Assembly: GCA_044222475.1 (NCBI GenBank) | Contig: JBGANF010000174.1 | Span: forward strand, 1 to 14,615 | Direction: 5' to 3' | Origin: Polyangiaceae bacterium | GTDB lineage: Bacteria > Myxococcota_A > Polyangia > Polyangiales > Polyangiaceae | DNA length: 14,615 nt | Shown: piece after piece, positions 14,285 through 14,615 of the stretch | Position numbering within the stretch: position 1 is the first letter of the stretch | Layout of the letters: each line of letters starts with the position of its first letter | Notes under the pieces: generated by a model | Told to the model about the DNA's origin: nothing | Databases searched by the model: none | The model's input: the letters and a program-made list of their open reading frames with translations, nothing else | Made by a program: the position numbers and the translations under genes

Positions 14285-14615
14285 CCGAGCTCTTCGCGCC
14301 CGTCTGCTCGATCGCGACGACCCAGCGAAGACGATTCTTCTGGGCCGCGTGGTGGAGCGCCCCGCCGGAGCGCGTTCCGTTCCGCAAGCCCGACGCGTCG
14401 GACGGAGGCGCCCCCACGCGCGAAGCTGCGCTCGCCGCCGCCAAGGCGCGCGCCGGGCTCGAGCTCGTCGTCGTCGATCCGATGTGGGCTCGCGCGTGGA
14501 TGCGCGTGCTCCGAGGCCAAGCGCCGTGGCCGTCGCGCGCGAGCACGATGTCGCGCGGCGAGGTCGCGGCGTCGAGCCCACCGGGATCGATCTGGGCGAC
14601 GCTCGGCGTCCCGCG
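14281..14615 (+). CDS. Partial CDS running off the right edge; Trp-rich N-terminal domain, probably followed by a DnaJ (J) domain
   Basis: Not in the ORF track. GTGA overlap with the upstream stop; frame open to the edge: MTELFAPVCSIATTQRRRFFWAAWWSAPP...WARAWMRVLRGQAPWP...SIWATLGVP. W-x2-LGV resembles J-domain helix I; HPD is not in the window. Confidence 0.7.
   Translation, partial: MTELFAPVCSIATTQRRRFFWAAWWSAPPERVPFRKPDASDGGAPTREAALAAAKARAGLELVVVDPMWARAWMRVLRGQAPWPSRASTMSRGEVAASSPPGSIWATLGVP

Overview
A gene-dense, very GC-rich bacterial window. The gene content (many lipobox lipoproteins with Cys-rich or RCC1 domains, a membrane Hanks-type kinase with HRDVSPQN, an orphan P450) points by inference to Myxococcota, probably Polyangiales. 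About 20 real CDSs tile the window and most other ORFs in the track are GC-rich shadow frames. In order: DUF3634-like protein, EchA4-like crotonase, Cys-rich lipoprotein, CDP-alcohol phosphatidyltransferase, second Cys-rich lipoprotein, zinc-ribbon protein, PA2169-like four-helix bundle, cytochrome P450, CAP lipoprotein, His-motif polytopic membrane protein, two coupled RlaP/YcgL-type pol-beta nucleotidyltransferases, three more lipoproteins, a small beta-barrel-like protein, a Ser/Thr kinase, a Cys-rich lipoprotein and a truncated probable J-domain protein. No rRNA, tRNA, CRISPR array or transposase was seen. Best observations: (1) the tandem nucleotidyltransferase pair, one copy carrying extra SH3-like and HTH-like segments, head-to-head with a putative membrane metalloenzyme; (2) a TANNNT hexamer 6-9 nt before 11 start codons, suggesting widespread leaderless transcription; (3) a near-consensus sigma54 promoter right before the CAP gene, with a 49-bp tandem duplication upstream. 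All family assignments come from motif recognition, not database searches.
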